The notes under the pieces: generated by a model | Databases searched by the model: none | What the model saw: the letters and a program-made list of their open reading frames with translations, nothing else | What the model was told of the DNA's origin: nothing | NCBI GenBank assembly: GCA_965603825.1 | Contig: CBFDEM010000001.1 | Span: 186,001-250,000 of the forward strand | Length of the DNA: 64,000 nt | Reading direction: 5' to 3' | Origin: Blepharisma stoltei ATCC 30299 | Taxonomy: Eukaryota > Protista > Ciliophora | In this document: one piece after another, positions 63,801 through 64,000 of the stretch | Layout of the letters: each line of letters opens with the position of its first letter | Numbering within the stretch: the first letter of the stretch is position 1 | Made by a program: the position numbers and the translations under genes

Positions 63801-64000
63801 TAGCATCGTCACAAAAAATTCATGCAAATCCTGATCCTCCCATAACACTTATATCAGCCGCATGCAGTAGCTGAGCCGCATGCATTGAATCCGTGCACAC
63901 TAAAATGACCCTTGCACCTGAGTTTTGTGTTGTCCCTTGCAATCTTGATGTAATAGTAACTCCAGAGTTTTTGTCATCTAAGTCTATAATAATTTCATCA
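60874..64000 (-). CDS. Distant paralog of the tandem Venus-flytrap + ~9-TM receptors (5' end outside the window)
   Basis: Four large same-frame ORFs joined through TGA. Motifs PLISYGAT, YPQLIRTI, YAYDTVYLIAY, FTGASGVVKF, CPF, IEFFQF, DCYMNCW and KPFNYGRCNLW. Confidence 0.88.

Noticed and set aside
1-64000. Prokaryotic interpretation (operons, CRISPR, Mycoplasma-type code 4 genome)
   Set aside because: Spliceosomal introns, Rab, eL38, F-box and dynein-docking genes show a eukaryotic nucleus. No repeat-spacer array is seen.

Overview
This is an AT-rich, gene-dense eukaryotic window, most likely from the macronuclear genome of a heterotrich ciliate of the Blepharisma type (inference). Two features support this. 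First, TGA encodes Trp while only TAA/TAG terminate: TGA and TGG alternate at the same position in paralogs, and TGA falls at conserved Trp sites in Kelch, PLAC8, FBA and HTH motifs. Second, seven 15-16 nt GT..AG introns are predicted, each with TA at -7/-6. The supplied ORF track is therefore fragmented, and genes were rebuilt by joining in-frame pieces. Positions 1-20 kb hold an array of ~1,140-aa receptors (signal peptide, two Venus-flytrap-like domains, ~9-TM module), co-duplicated with a non-LTR retrotransposon 3' remnant and decayed pieces of the neighbouring ~2,510-aa LNR/beta-helix/9-TM gene (20.4-28 kb). Next come a double-HTH protein, tandem O-methyltransferases and a ubiquitin-like protein missed by the ORF track. 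Housekeeping-type genes follow: CTU1, a Kelch protein, a glycan-binding F-box, PLAC8, Rab32-like, ODAD1-like, RPL38, a divergent PCNA, a pepsin-family protease, a BRO1 pseudogene, a pseudo-USP and a degenerate macrodomain. The most unusual signal is a cluster of three ~70-nt tRNA-like genes at 59.8-60.8 kb. They keep covarying acceptor and T stems and oligo-T terminators, but have remodelled D and anticodon arms, making them a candidate undescribed ncRNA family.
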